A stretch of DNA of 31,871 bases from contig JBDRPD010000020.1 in NCBI GenBank assembly GCA_043827405.1, positions 1 through 31,871 on the forward strand. The letters are read 5' to 3'. The translations under genes were made by a program, and so were the position numbers. Origin of the DNA: Elusimicrobiota bacterium (lineage in GTDB: Bacteria > Elusimicrobiota > Elusimicrobia > UBA1565). Of this stretch, positions 1 to 8,023 are shown piece after piece (the first letter of the stretch is position 1; every line of letters starts with the position of its first letter). Under the pieces are notes generated by a model. It saw only the letters and a program-made list of their open reading frames with translations. It had not been told where the DNA came from and did not search any database.

Positions 1-168
1 ACCCGGACGCTTGACGAGGTGGACGGCCTCTCCGGGCTGTCGCTCGGCTTCGGTTCCGACTATCGCCGGACCGGATTTGACTACGCTTTCCTGCCTTTCG
101 GCGTCCTCGGGGCGTCGCACCGGCTCACCTTCTCCTACCTCTGGCCCAAAACCTCCAGTAAGCCATAG
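1..168 (+). CDS. 3' end of a PorV/PorQ-like outer-membrane beta-barrel protein (partial; last 7 codons and stop lie in the IS end)
   Basis: Frame +1 reads ...GLSLGFGSDYRRTGFDYAFLPFGVLGASHRLTFSYLW-PKTSSKP*. The DYAFxPFGxLGxSHRxxxSY ending is typical of PorV/PorQ-family barrels. Not in the ORF track because it is 5'-truncated. Confidence 0.65.
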   Translation, partial: TRTLDEVDGLSGLSLGFGSDYRRTGFDYAFLPFGVLGASHRLTFSYLWPKTSSKP

Positions 169-180
169 TTTCTGAACGGA

Positions 181-337
181 AACGGCTTTTCGCCCCCCTC
201 TACTGCTTCACTCTCCCCGCGGGGGAGAGTGAAGCTCGGTTCATGTTGTTGTTGCCGTCAACGAGCGCCGGTCCCCGGCGGGGGCCGGCGCAACGACAGC
301 ATCTTCCGAGCCTCAAGGTCGGGGGGCGAAAGCAGTT
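181..337 (+). other. Multi-stem structured non-coding segment inside the IS, downstream of the transposase
   Basis: Closing stem 181-198/321-337, perfect 14-bp hairpin 205-235, stem 243-254/291-302 and hairpin 265-291. Confidence 0.6.
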
Positions 338-385
338 GTCCCCACCGTCCACAAGGAAGGCACTGCGACCGGCCGAATAGATGGG

Positions 386-1693
386 TTATATCGCCGCTTT
401 GGCTAGCGGCGGCGAGAGGATAGACCAGCGTGCCTGCTCGAATAGATCGAAAAACGGAAAGTCTTTTGATAGCTTCACCGCTAAGTACCGCGCGTGACGC
501 ACCACTACGGCGGCCTGGCACAGCAGACGAAACCGCAGATTCTTCACGCAGAACTTGCTCCATCCCGGCGGCAGGGCGACCCGCTTGAATGCCTGCAGCA
601 GATTGTAGGCCAGCAGCGTTGTCTGAAAGAACGCCGCGTTGGCGGCAAGCTGTCCGCACGGAAGCCAGTGCGCTCCATAGCCGTTCTTGAGCTCGCCGAT
701 CGCCTTCTCCATCGCGCCTCGTCCGTTATAGAAGTCCAACGCCTCTACCGTGTCCAGCGATGCCGGAAGGCTCGTGAGGATCGCGCGGTACACGATCGGG
801 TCTTTGAACAGCTCCAGCTGCGTCCTCAAGCGGCGCGTCACGATCAGGCGGAAGGCCGGAAGCTGTTTGGCGACATGATGCGCTCCCGGCACATGAATCG
901 TTTCGGCCAAGAGGAACGTATCCTCGCCCCGCACGACGAGACGCCAGTGTTTTTCCGGGATCTTGTCGATCGCCTCACGTACCGCACAATCGAGGTCCGC
1001 GCCGATCGCGAACTCGATCCCGCGACGATGGCAGTACTCGATAAGGTCCAGGCGATAGCCCGCGCTGTCGGATCGCAACCGAAAGCGGGAACCTGAAGGC
1101 AAGCGGCGGTGACAGTATTTGAGCAGCGACACCAGATTGCACTGCGGCGAGGCGTTGCCTTCCCGGAACACGCCGCCCAAAAACACGTCCGCCTCGGCCA
1201 GCCAAGCGAGCACCGGGTTGTAGCCGTCGAACCCCTTGTAGGTCTTCTTCGCATCCTTCTTGTCCGATTCGATGAGGCTCGCGTCCAGATCGAGCGTCAG
1301 CGTCTTGCTCAGGTCGGCGCTCAGCAGCGCCGCGGACGTGACGATCTCGCCTAGGCGGTGCAGGCTGCGGTGCGTGAAGCGCTTGAGGAATCGTCCCAGG
1401 CTGTTGGCGGCGGGCAGGCCCGGCAGGCTCAGTTGCCGCAACCCCGCGTCCGCACGCAGCATGCGAATGTCATCAAGCCCCTCGCCGCCGGCGATCAAGG
1501 TCAAGGCCAGACCCAGGATGTAGTCCGCACTCGACATCTCGCGCTTACGCTTCCAAAGACCTGGCAGGGATTCGAGCCTTTCAACGATCCCGGTTCGGTG
1601 GGCCAACTCGGTCAGCAGAGGCAGACCGGCAAAGGAGGTCAGGTGGTGAGACGACTTTTCAACTTTCAATCCGGACCCGATCTGGGCTATCAT
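386..1693 (-). CDS. IS1380-family DDE transposase
   Basis: Motifs LTSFAGL, LTLDLDAS, KGFDGYNP, REGNAS, RSDSAGY, YNGRGAME, ELKNGY, ANAAF. The ATG at 1693 is preceded by SD GAGGTGAG. Confidence 0.95.
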   Translation of the reverse strand: MIAQIGSGLKVEKSSHHLTSFAGLPLLTELAHRTGIVERLESLPGLWKRKREMSSADYILGLALTLIAGGEGLDDIRMLRADAGLRQLSLPGLPAANSLGRFLKRFTHRSLHRLGEIVTSAALLSADLSKTLTLDLDASLIESDKKDAKKTYKGFDGYNPVLAWLAEADVFLGGVFREGNASPQCNLVSLLKYCHRRLPSGSRFRLRSDSAGYRLDLIEYCHRRGIEFAIGADLDCAVREAIDKIPEKHWRLVVRGEDTFLLAETIHVPGAHHVAKQLPAFRLIVTRRLRTQLELFKDPIVYRAILTSLPASLDTVEALDFYNGRGAMEKAIGELKNGYGAHWLPCGQLAANAAFFQTTLLAYNLLQAFKRVALPPGWSKFCVKNLRFRLLCQAAVVVRHARYLAVKLSKDFPFFDLFEQARWSILSPPLAKAAI

Positions 1694-1825
1694 GTACTCA
1701 CCTCGCGGGTGAAAAGTTTCCTGACTTCTCACCGAAATCTCGTCAGCACGGGACGCGAGGTCTTTTTATTGCTTTCGGGTCTATTTGTCCAGGGCTTACT
1801 GGAGGATCAAGGTTGCCGCCCCCCC

Positions 1826-1853
1826 TTGCGAAATGTTCTAATACTGTTATAAT
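1826..1853 (+). promoter_or_regulatory. Sigma70-type promoter with extended -10
   Basis: TTGCGA-N16-TATAAT with TG-N-TATAAT, upstream of SD GGAGG (1892-1896). Confidence 0.7.
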
Positions 1854-1904
1854 ATCCGGTCCGTTCCCGCCGAGTAGATTCCCGGTAATTTGGAGGTGCC
1901 TATA

Positions 1905-2201
1905 GTGGGTTCAGTGCAGGAAGAAGTTGGAGATCTTTTTGTCACGGAAAGCTCCATGACCGTCAAACTTCTCCCAAGCAAGAAGACGGCGTCGCGGGCG
2001 ATCCGCTGGTTCGTGGATGGTTCGGTGGTCAATCGCCAGAAGGCTGCTACGGAGATCGCATCCCTGGTATCGCGCCTGCAGGGCAAACGGCGGGTCGTTC
2101 GGGGACTGACGCTGATGACGGATAAAGGCGTCGAGCAGGACTTGTCGGATACCGGCCTGCTGGAAGCTGTGTCAAAAGCGGGGTACAAGCCCCTAAGCTG
2201 A
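1905..2201 (+). CDS. Hypothetical protein, 98 aa
   Basis: Promoter, GGAGG SD and GTG start. Fills the gap between the IS and the convergent tatD. Confidence 0.7.
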   Translation: MGSVQEEVGDLFVTESSMTVKLLPSKKTASRAIRWFVDGSVVNRQKAATEIASLVSRLQGKRRVVRGLTLMTDKGVEQDLSDTGLLEAVSKAGYKPLS

Positions 2202-2208
2202 ACAGCGT

Positions 2209-2994
2209 TCAGGCAAGGCGGAAGAGGTCGCGCGCGTTGTGGGTTGTCTGCGCCGCGACCTCTTCTGTTGTTACCCCGAAAACCTCCGCCAGCTTGGCCG
2301 CGATTTCGGGAACGGCGTCGGGCTCGTTGCGTTTGCCGCGCCGGCTCTGCGGCGGCAGATAAGGGCTGTCGGTTTCCAGGACGATATTTTCCAAACCGGC
2401 CGCGCCCAGCGCCGCGCGCAGGGCGTCGTTTTTTGGGTAGGTGACCGGACCGTCGGCCCCCAGCGCGAAGCCCAGCCGGACCGCCCGCGCCGCGTGTTCG
2501 GCCGCGCCGGAAAAGCAGTGCAGGACGCCGCGGAAGCGGCCGTCGCATTTTCTCCCGCCGTAGAAATCCTCAAGCAGGCGGATATTGTCGTCGTCGGCGT
2601 CGCGGCAGTGGATAATGACGGGCAGGTCCGCGGCCGCGGCCGCCGCGCACATCTTCAGGAAGGACTCCTGCTGGACTGTATGCGGGATTTCACAGCGCGC
2701 GTAATCGAGGCCGATCTCGCCGGCCGCGACGACTTCGGGCAGGTCCGCCTTGGCGCGCAGCGCGCGTCCCAGTTCCTCGCTCCAGCGGTCGGCGTAGTAG
2801 GGATGCAGGCCCAGGGCGCAGCGCACCAGCGCCGGACGCGCCCGCGCCAGCGCCACGGCCCGGTCCCAGTCGTCCGGTGAGTCGGCGATTTCCACCAACG
2901 CGCCCACGCCCGCGGCGCGCGCTCTCTCCAGCACGGCGCCGCGGTCGGCCGCGAATTTTTCGTCGTTAAGGTGGGTATGGGTATCAAAAAGCAC
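2209..2994 (-). CDS. tatD: TatD-family DNase/hydrolase
   Basis: DTHTHL, GLHP, GEIGLDY, IIHCRDA, VLHCFSG and LETDSPYLPP motifs. Confidence 0.95.
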   Translation of the reverse strand: MLFDTHTHLNDEKFAADRGAVLERARAAGVGALVEIADSPDDWDRAVALARARPALVRCALGLHPYYADRWSEELGRALRAKADLPEVVAAGEIGLDYARCEIPHTVQQESFLKMCAAAAAADLPVIIHCRDADDDNIRLLEDFYGGRKCDGRFRGVLHCFSGAAEHAARAVRLGFALGADGPVTYPKNDALRAALGAAGLENIVLETDSPYLPPQSRRGKRNEPDAVPEIAAKLAEVFGVTTEEVAAQTTHNARDLFRLA

Positions 2995-3007
2995 GGCACG
3001 TTATAGC

Positions 3008-3041
3008 AAAAAGAGGCCGCCCCGCTGTGCGGCGGGGCGGC
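3008..3041 (-). terminator. Intrinsic terminator after the 86-aa gene
   Basis: GCCGCCCCGC-loop-GCGGGGCGGC stem (3016-3041), followed on the minus strand by CTCTTTTT. Confidence 0.7.
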
Positions 3042-3061
3042 ACGGCGATCCGGCGGCGCGG

Positions 3062-3322
3062 CTACTTGCTGTAGTACTTCCAGCGGCGCAGCTGGTGCTG
3101 ACTGTCGTGCGGCTTCTCTGCGAGCTTGTCCGCCGTCTCGCTGATGGCGTCGTTGGGGTCCGGCTCATCGGCGGTCATGTCCCGCCAGACCCGCTCGTTG
3201 CGCGCTTCGCGCTGCTCCGCCTCCAAAAGCTCATGCACCTCCTGCTCGGTCAATTTCGGATCTTTTCTCTTAGCCGCCGGTTTTATTTTTTTCTTCGGAG
3301 TAGCGGCTTTTTTCTTCGGCAT
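3062..3322 (-). CDS. Small hypothetical protein with Lys/Ala/Pro-rich N-terminus, 86 aa
   Basis: SD AGGAGG, own promoter and own terminator. Confidence 0.8.
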   Translation of the reverse strand: MPKKKAATPKKKIKPAAKRKDPKLTEQEVHELLEAEQREARNERVWRDMTADEPDPNDAISETADKLAEKPHDSQHQLRRWKYYSK

Positions 3323-3353
3323 GCACGACCTCCTGCGGAAGGGTTAAGGCCAT

Positions 3354-3382
3354 AGTGTAGGACGTAAACGGCGGTTTTTCAA
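3354..3382 (-). promoter_or_regulatory. Sigma70-type promoter
   Basis: TTGAAA-N17-TACACT on the minus strand. Confidence 0.7.
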
Positions 3383-3387
3383 GGGGG

Positions 3388-4080
3388 TCAGCGCGGCCGC
3401 GGGGCGCGGGAGGGGGTAAAAAAATGCTTAAAAACGCACCAATATATCTTAATCCCCTCTTTCCAGACCGTGAGCCGGGTATCGCCGTACTTGCGCGCAT
3501 ATTCATGCGTCGGGGTGTTTGTGACGCGGTAGCCGAAGGCCAGGGCCTTGACCACCATCTCCACTTCCACCGCCGCCGAATCGCAGCGGCAGTCCAGGTC
3601 CTGGTAGGCGGACCGGCTGACGGCGCGGAATCCGTTGAGCACGTCCGTCAGATAGGTGTTCCAGCGCCAGTTGATCATGACGTTGAGCGAGATATTGCCC
3701 ATGGTCCGGATGAGTTGCTCCGCGTTAACGCTGAGCTCCTCGCTGCCGCCTTCGAAGCGGCTGCCGACGACCAGGTCCGCCTTGCCGTCGCGGATGGGCG
3801 CGATGAGCGCGGGGATCTTGGCGTACTCGTCCGAGCCGTCCGAAGTCAGGACGATGAGGATGTCGCCCTTGGCCTGGTCCAGGCCCAGGCGGGTTGCCTC
3901 GCCCTTGCCGCGGCCGTTGTCCTGAATGACGCGCGCGCCCGCTTTCTCGGCGATCTCGGAGGTGCCGTCGTCCGAATGCCCGTCCACCACGATGATCTCA
4001 TCGCAGTGCGGCTTGCAGGCCTGAACGGCCTCGGCGATAGTCCGGGCCTCGTTTTTGGCGGTGATGATCGCGCTGACCAT
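3388..4080 (-). CDS. GT2 glycosyltransferase (polyprenol-phosphate glycosyltransferase/DPM1-like)
   Basis: IITAKNE, IIVVDGHSDDGT, NGRGKG, DLVVGSRF, TDVLNGFRA. Confidence 0.9.
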   Translation of the reverse strand: MVSAIITAKNEARTIAEAVQACKPHCDEIIVVDGHSDDGTSEIAEKAGARVIQDNGRGKGEATRLGLDQAKGDILIVLTSDGSDEYAKIPALIAPIRDGKADLVVGSRFEGGSEELSVNAEQLIRTMGNISLNVMINWRWNTYLTDVLNGFRAVSRSAYQDLDCRCDSAAVEVEMVVKALAFGYRVTNTPTHEYARKYGDTRLTVWKEGIKIYWCVFKHFFTPSRAPRPR

Positions 4081-4094
4081 GGTGCGCTATGTTA

Positions 4095-5735
4095 TCAAAT
4101 CCGTTCCAGCACGGTATGGGCGCCGAAGACTACGGTCTTGCGGTAGGCCCGGTCCAAATAGTCGTCAAGGGTTCGGCTGCCGTGGTATGCGCCGTCGAAG
4201 GGGGGGTGGCTGTCGGAGCGGATGACGCAGCGCACGTCGTTTCTCTTCAGCTCGCCGATGATGCGCTGTTGGATGTCCTCGCGCGTGCTGATATGCGGCC
4301 ACAGGTCGTGGATATGGGTTCCGGGCCGGCGGTCGGTGAATAGATAAAGCAGCAGATCGGTGTCGGGATGGCCGCCGTCATGGCGCATATTGCAGACGAA
4401 GATTTTGCCGCCCGCCGGGACGATATTCTGGATATAGCGCACCAAGTCTTCCAGGTTGCGCGCTTCCCGCTTTTCAAATATCGTGCCGCGGGCCGCCGGG
4501 ATATGCGACCAGCGGTGATAAGCGCGCGGCACTATGGGCTTGACCGCCAGGGCGACGGCGCTCAGGCCGAGCGCCCAGACGGCCATGACCCGGGCCGTCC
4601 TCCGCCAGGCGGTTATATTCGACTGCCAGAAGCGCGCGATCATAAGCGGCGCGAGCAGGTAGGCCGGCACGGGAAAGGTGAACAGGTTCCAGCTCTTGAT
4701 GAAGTACCCCCAGAGACAGGTGCCGAGCAGAACCAGGGCCGCGGTGCCGAACTCCAGCTGGTCCCAGGCGCCCTCGCGCCGGGTTCGCCCGGCGAGCCAG
4801 ATCCAGCCCCATATATAGGAAGCGAAAATGAAGGTGCGCAGGTTGTCGTAGAGCAGCCAGTGGCGGATATAGCCCCATGGCGTGACCTGTCCGGCGAAGA
4901 GCGCCCCGATGGTCGGAAAAGGATTGGGGATGATGCGCCGCCATACGCTGTCGGCTTCGTTGGCGGTTACGAATTTAAGGTAGGCCTGCGGGTATTCGAG
5001 CAGGCTAAGCGCCAGTTCGGCGCGCGGGACCTTGATCCAGAGATAGGCGGCCAACGGCAGCAAAACGAGCAGCGAGCAGGCGAGGTAGCAGACGGCGGCC
5101 TCCTTGACGATCGGCAGCAGCCGGCGCTTGCGGTAGCCCGTATGCGCCGCCAGGCCGGCGATCAGCAGCTGAGCGAGGAAGGTATAGGCCGCGAAGTCGT
5201 AGCGCAAAGGGACGTTGAGCACGGTAATCAGGCTCGCGCCCGCCAGCCAGTTGCGGCGCCCGGTTTCTATATACTGCAGGAAGCAGTAGATGCTCAGCAG
5301 CACCAGGGCCGTCGACAGGGCGGTGGGGTGCACGCCGGCGTAGTCGGCTCCCGCGAAGGTCTTCGTTCCCAATATGACGGTGGCAAATATCACGCCGGCG
5401 GCGGCCGCGGCGCGCGGCGCGCGCATCAGCCGCGCGCAGCCGAAGAGCGCCAGGACGATCAGCCACTTGGCGAGCGCGGTGGTCAGAAAGCGGGCGAGAA
5501 ACAGGTTTCGGCCGAACACTTTGAACACGCCCGCGGCGACGTAGTGCATGCCGGGTGGGGAGTAGGAGGCATAGTCGCGGAAGGGGACGCCGCCGTTGAG
5601 GATTTCCACCGCCGGCACGAGCGTGAGTCCCTCCGAGGACAGGTTGTCGATGCCGTAGTAGGACTCGGTGGTGAAGAAAAGCAGCGACAGCAGGAAGATG
5701 CACGGCCACAGCCAGCGGGACTTCTCGCGCGCCAT
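4095..5735 (-). CDS. Polytopic membrane protein, probable GT-C (ArnT/PMT-like) glycosyltransferase
   Basis: About 10-12 hydrophobic segments; first loop EG...ILNGGVPFRDY..YSPPG; soluble C-terminal domain; adjacent GT2. Confidence 0.7.
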   Translation of the reverse strand: MAREKSRWLWPCIFLLSLLFFTTESYYGIDNLSSEGLTLVPAVEILNGGVPFRDYASYSPPGMHYVAAGVFKVFGRNLFLARFLTTALAKWLIVLALFGCARLMRAPRAAAAAGVIFATVILGTKTFAGADYAGVHPTALSTALVLLSIYCFLQYIETGRRNWLAGASLITVLNVPLRYDFAAYTFLAQLLIAGLAAHTGYRKRRLLPIVKEAAVCYLACSLLVLLPLAAYLWIKVPRAELALSLLEYPQAYLKFVTANEADSVWRRIIPNPFPTIGALFAGQVTPWGYIRHWLLYDNLRTFIFASYIWGWIWLAGRTRREGAWDQLEFGTAALVLLGTCLWGYFIKSWNLFTFPVPAYLLAPLMIARFWQSNITAWRRTARVMAVWALGLSAVALAVKPIVPRAYHRWSHIPAARGTIFEKREARNLEDLVRYIQNIVPAGGKIFVCNMRHDGGHPDTDLLLYLFTDRRPGTHIHDLWPHISTREDIQQRIIGELKRNDVRCVIRSDSHPPFDGAYHGSRTLDDYLDRAYRKTVVFGAHTVLERI

Positions 5736-6523
5736 CAGTTTCCTGGCCGGTCGTGCGGCGAGGCTTCGTAGAGGCTCGAAAGAACGGAGGTGAATATGGT
5801 GTTCTCCTCGCCGCCGGTCAGCTCGTAGCGCACCTTCTGGCCGATGATATAGGCCTTGGCGGAGCGGAAGGGCTTTTCCGTATTAATAATGAAGGCGGGC
5901 TTGCTGTGCACCATCAAATCGCGCATCTGGTAGGAGGCCTTGTCGGAGTCGAGATGGGCCGTGACCCAGGATTTCAAGGTGTCGATGCCGACAAATCCCT
6001 GCGGCACGCGGCGGCGCATTACGTCGAGACGCAGGATGCCTATTGAGCCGAAGAGTCCTTCATGGATGAAGTGCTGGGGGTTGGTGCCCTTGGGGTAGAT
6101 ATAGACGCGCTCATGCGTCTTTTTGGGATCGAGGAAAAGGCTGTGGGCCTGATACTTGGGCGGCAGCTTAAACATGAAGCCGTAATGTCCGCGGAAGACC
6201 TCGCCTTCGCTCGCCCCGTCTTCGATATCGATATCGCCGATATCCGCCGCCGTGGTTTTATCCGGCGGCGGCGGGGGCTTCTTGATGCTGAGGCTCACCG
6301 CCAGCGCCACGAGCACCACGCCCGCCGTCACCGCGATCAGCGCCAGGCGCTTCTTGTGCCGGCGCTTCGCCTCCGCCGCGGCGTCTCCGCTGTGGGCGGC
6401 GGCGATCGCCTCGGCGATGTCCTTCTCGGATACGCCGTCTTTGGCCAGCTGGGCGCGCAGCGCCGGCTCGCCGTGCAGCGGCAAGTTGTTTTTGAGGTAC
6501 TCGACCAGTTCCGGATCGGGCAT
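5735..6523 (-). CDS. Hypothetical single-pass membrane protein
   Basis: N-terminal helical motif, one TM segment, PPPPP linker and extracytoplasmic domain. Its stop overlaps the next ATG (TGATG). Confidence 0.8.
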   Translation of the reverse strand: MPDPELVEYLKNNLPLHGEPALRAQLAKDGVSEKDIAEAIAAAHSGDAAAEAKRRHKKRLALIAVTAGVVLVALAVSLSIKKPPPPPDKTTAADIGDIDIEDGASEGEVFRGHYGFMFKLPPKYQAHSLFLDPKKTHERVYIYPKGTNPQHFIHEGLFGSIGILRLDVMRRRVPQGFVGIDTLKSWVTAHLDSDKASYQMRDLMVHSKPAFIINTEKPFRSAKAYIIGQKVRYELTGGEENTIFTSVLSSLYEASPHDRPGN

Positions 6524-6538
6524 AAGGATAAAAATCGC

Positions 6539-6611
6539 TGGGCCCTGCAGGATTTGAACCTGCGACCAATCCGTTATGAGCGGACTGCTCTAACCCCTGA
6601 GCTAAGGGCCC
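6539..6611 (-). tRNA. tRNA with CAT anticodon, most likely tRNA-Ile2 (lysidine type); CCA not encoded
   Basis: GGGCCCTTAGCTCAGGGGTTAGAGCAGTCCGCTCATAACGGATTGGTCGCAGGTTCAAATCCTGCAGGGCCCA: cloverleaf with paired G1-C72 and no initiator GGG/CCC anticodon stem; resembles ileX-type tRNAs. Confidence 0.9.
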
Positions 6612-6705
6612 GTGAAGCTATTGTACCCGTTTACCGGGCGGATTCAAGACGTTCCGGTGTCGGTATCTGTTGCCCGTCCCGCCTCCTCTTACGTATCCTT
6701 GTCTT

Positions 6706-7620
6706 ATGGTTCAGCGACCCGGGCCGCCTCCGCCGACCCCGGAGGAACTGGCGGGCAAGCAGCGCGCGCGGACGCTGGTGCTGCAGTCGATCGCCATGGC
6801 CTTCGGCCTGGCCGCGGTAAAGATCATGGCGGGCGTCATGGCCGGGTCGCTGGCCTTGCTCGCCAGCGCGCTGGACTCGCTGATGGATTTGCTGTCGTCT
6901 TCGGTCAACTACGTCACCTTGCGCTTCTCACAGGAGCCGGCCGACGACGACCACCTCTACGGCCACGGCAAGGCCGAGGCCGTCGCCGGGACGCTGCAGG
7001 GCGGGGTGATCGGGCTCAGCGGCCTGGCGCTCCTCGTCGAGTCCATCCGCCGCATCGTCGCCAACCGTCCGGTGGAGGCGGGCTATTTCGCCATCGGCGT
7101 CATGGTGCTCTCCATGGCGCTGAGCGCCTTCCACGGCCTGCGCCTGCGCCGGGCCGCGCTGGAGCGCAACTCGCCGATTCTGCACGCCGAGGGCCTGCAC
7201 TTTTCCATGGACGTGCTGGCGAACCTGGGCGTGCTGGTGGCCTTGATCCTGATATTTTTCGGCGCCTCGCCGGTCTGGGATGTGGTCATCTCGCTCATTG
7301 TCGCCGGTTATGTGGTTAAGGAAGCCGTCACCTTAATGGTAAGCTCGATCAACCAGCTGCTGGATCGCCGCCTGTCCGATCAGGACCATCGCGAGATTCG
7401 GCGGCTGATTTTCGGCCATGATCCGCGCATCGTCGGCTACCACGACCTGCGCAGCCGCCAGTCGGGCGACCGGGTCTTTATCGATTTTCATGTCGAGATC
7501 GCCGGCGTCGACTCCTTCAAGGAGTCGCACGACATCGCGGAAAGTCTCGTCGATAAGATCAAAGAGCGGCTGCCCAATGCCGACGTTACCGTGCATGCCG
7601 ATCCGGAAGGAGAATATTAG
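6706..7620 (+). CDS. Cation diffusion facilitator (FieF/YiiP-like)
   Basis: GSLALLASALDSLMD, PADDDHLYGHGKAE, HFSMD, HDLRSRQSG, VTVHADP. Confidence 0.93.
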   Translation: MVQRPGPPPPTPEELAGKQRARTLVLQSIAMAFGLAAVKIMAGVMAGSLALLASALDSLMDLLSSSVNYVTLRFSQEPADDDHLYGHGKAEAVAGTLQGGVIGLSGLALLVESIRRIVANRPVEAGYFAIGVMVLSMALSAFHGLRLRRAALERNSPILHAEGLHFSMDVLANLGVLVALILIFFGASPVWDVVISLIVAGYVVKEAVTLMVSSINQLLDRRLSDQDHREIRRLIFGHDPRIVGYHDLRSRQSGDRVFIDFHVEIAGVDSFKESHDIAESLVDKIKERLPNADVTVHADPEGEY

Positions 7621-7624
7621 TCCC

Positions 7625-8023
7625 ATGAAATTCACCATCATCAAGCAGTACAGCGTCTTCATGCCCAATAAGCCGGGAGCGTTGGCCGACCTGACCGAGC
7701 CTTTCGGCGCCGCCGGCTTCAATCTGCTGGGGATTTCCTCGGAGGTCCGGGAGGACTCGGCGCTGGTCCGTCTGGCGGTCGAGGGCGATCAGGACTGCTC
7801 CGCCGTCCTGGCGAAGGCGGGCTTCGCCAGCGTCGAAGGCCGCCTGCTGTCGATTGAGATCGACGATACGCCGGGCAGGCTGGGCGAGGTGACGCGCAAG
7901 CTCGGCAAGAGCGGCGTCAATATATCGACCGTCTATGGGTCGAGCGCGGGCGGCAGCTCCTGCCGTATCCTGATCGCGGCGGAAAATACCGACAAGGCGC
8001 TCAAGCTGCTCAGCGCCGACTGA
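7625..8023 (+). CDS. Tandem ACT-domain protein
   Basis: QYSVFMPNKPGALA and IEIDDTPGRLG...GVNISTVY repeats. ATG 4 nt after the CDF stop. Confidence 0.85.
   Translation: MKFTIIKQYSVFMPNKPGALADLTEPFGAAGFNLLGISSEVREDSALVRLAVEGDQDCSAVLAKAGFASVEGRLLSIEIDDTPGRLGEVTRKLGKSGVNISTVYGSSAGGSSCRILIAAENTDKALKLLSAD

Larger units (their letters stand above)
145..1812 (-). mobile_element. IS1380-family insertion sequence, 1668 bp
   Basis: Imperfect 20-bp terminal inverted repeats, 16/20 identical with a perfect 13-bp core: CCCAAAACCTCCAGTAAGCC (145..164) and reverse complement of 1793..1812 CCTTGATCCTCCAGTAAGCC. Both start with CC, as IS1380 ends do, and they enclose one transposase. No flanking direct repeat. 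Confidence 0.85.

Noticed and set aside
229..423. 64-aa ORF containing CCCC inside the IS
   Set aside because: It lies across the hairpins, the TGT repeat is a stem arm, and it has no recognisable protein features.
6539..6611. tRNA as an integration site, or as initiator tRNA-fMet
   Set aside because: No integrase or duplicated 3' end was noticed in the window. The paired 1-72 bases and the anticodon stem exclude fMet.
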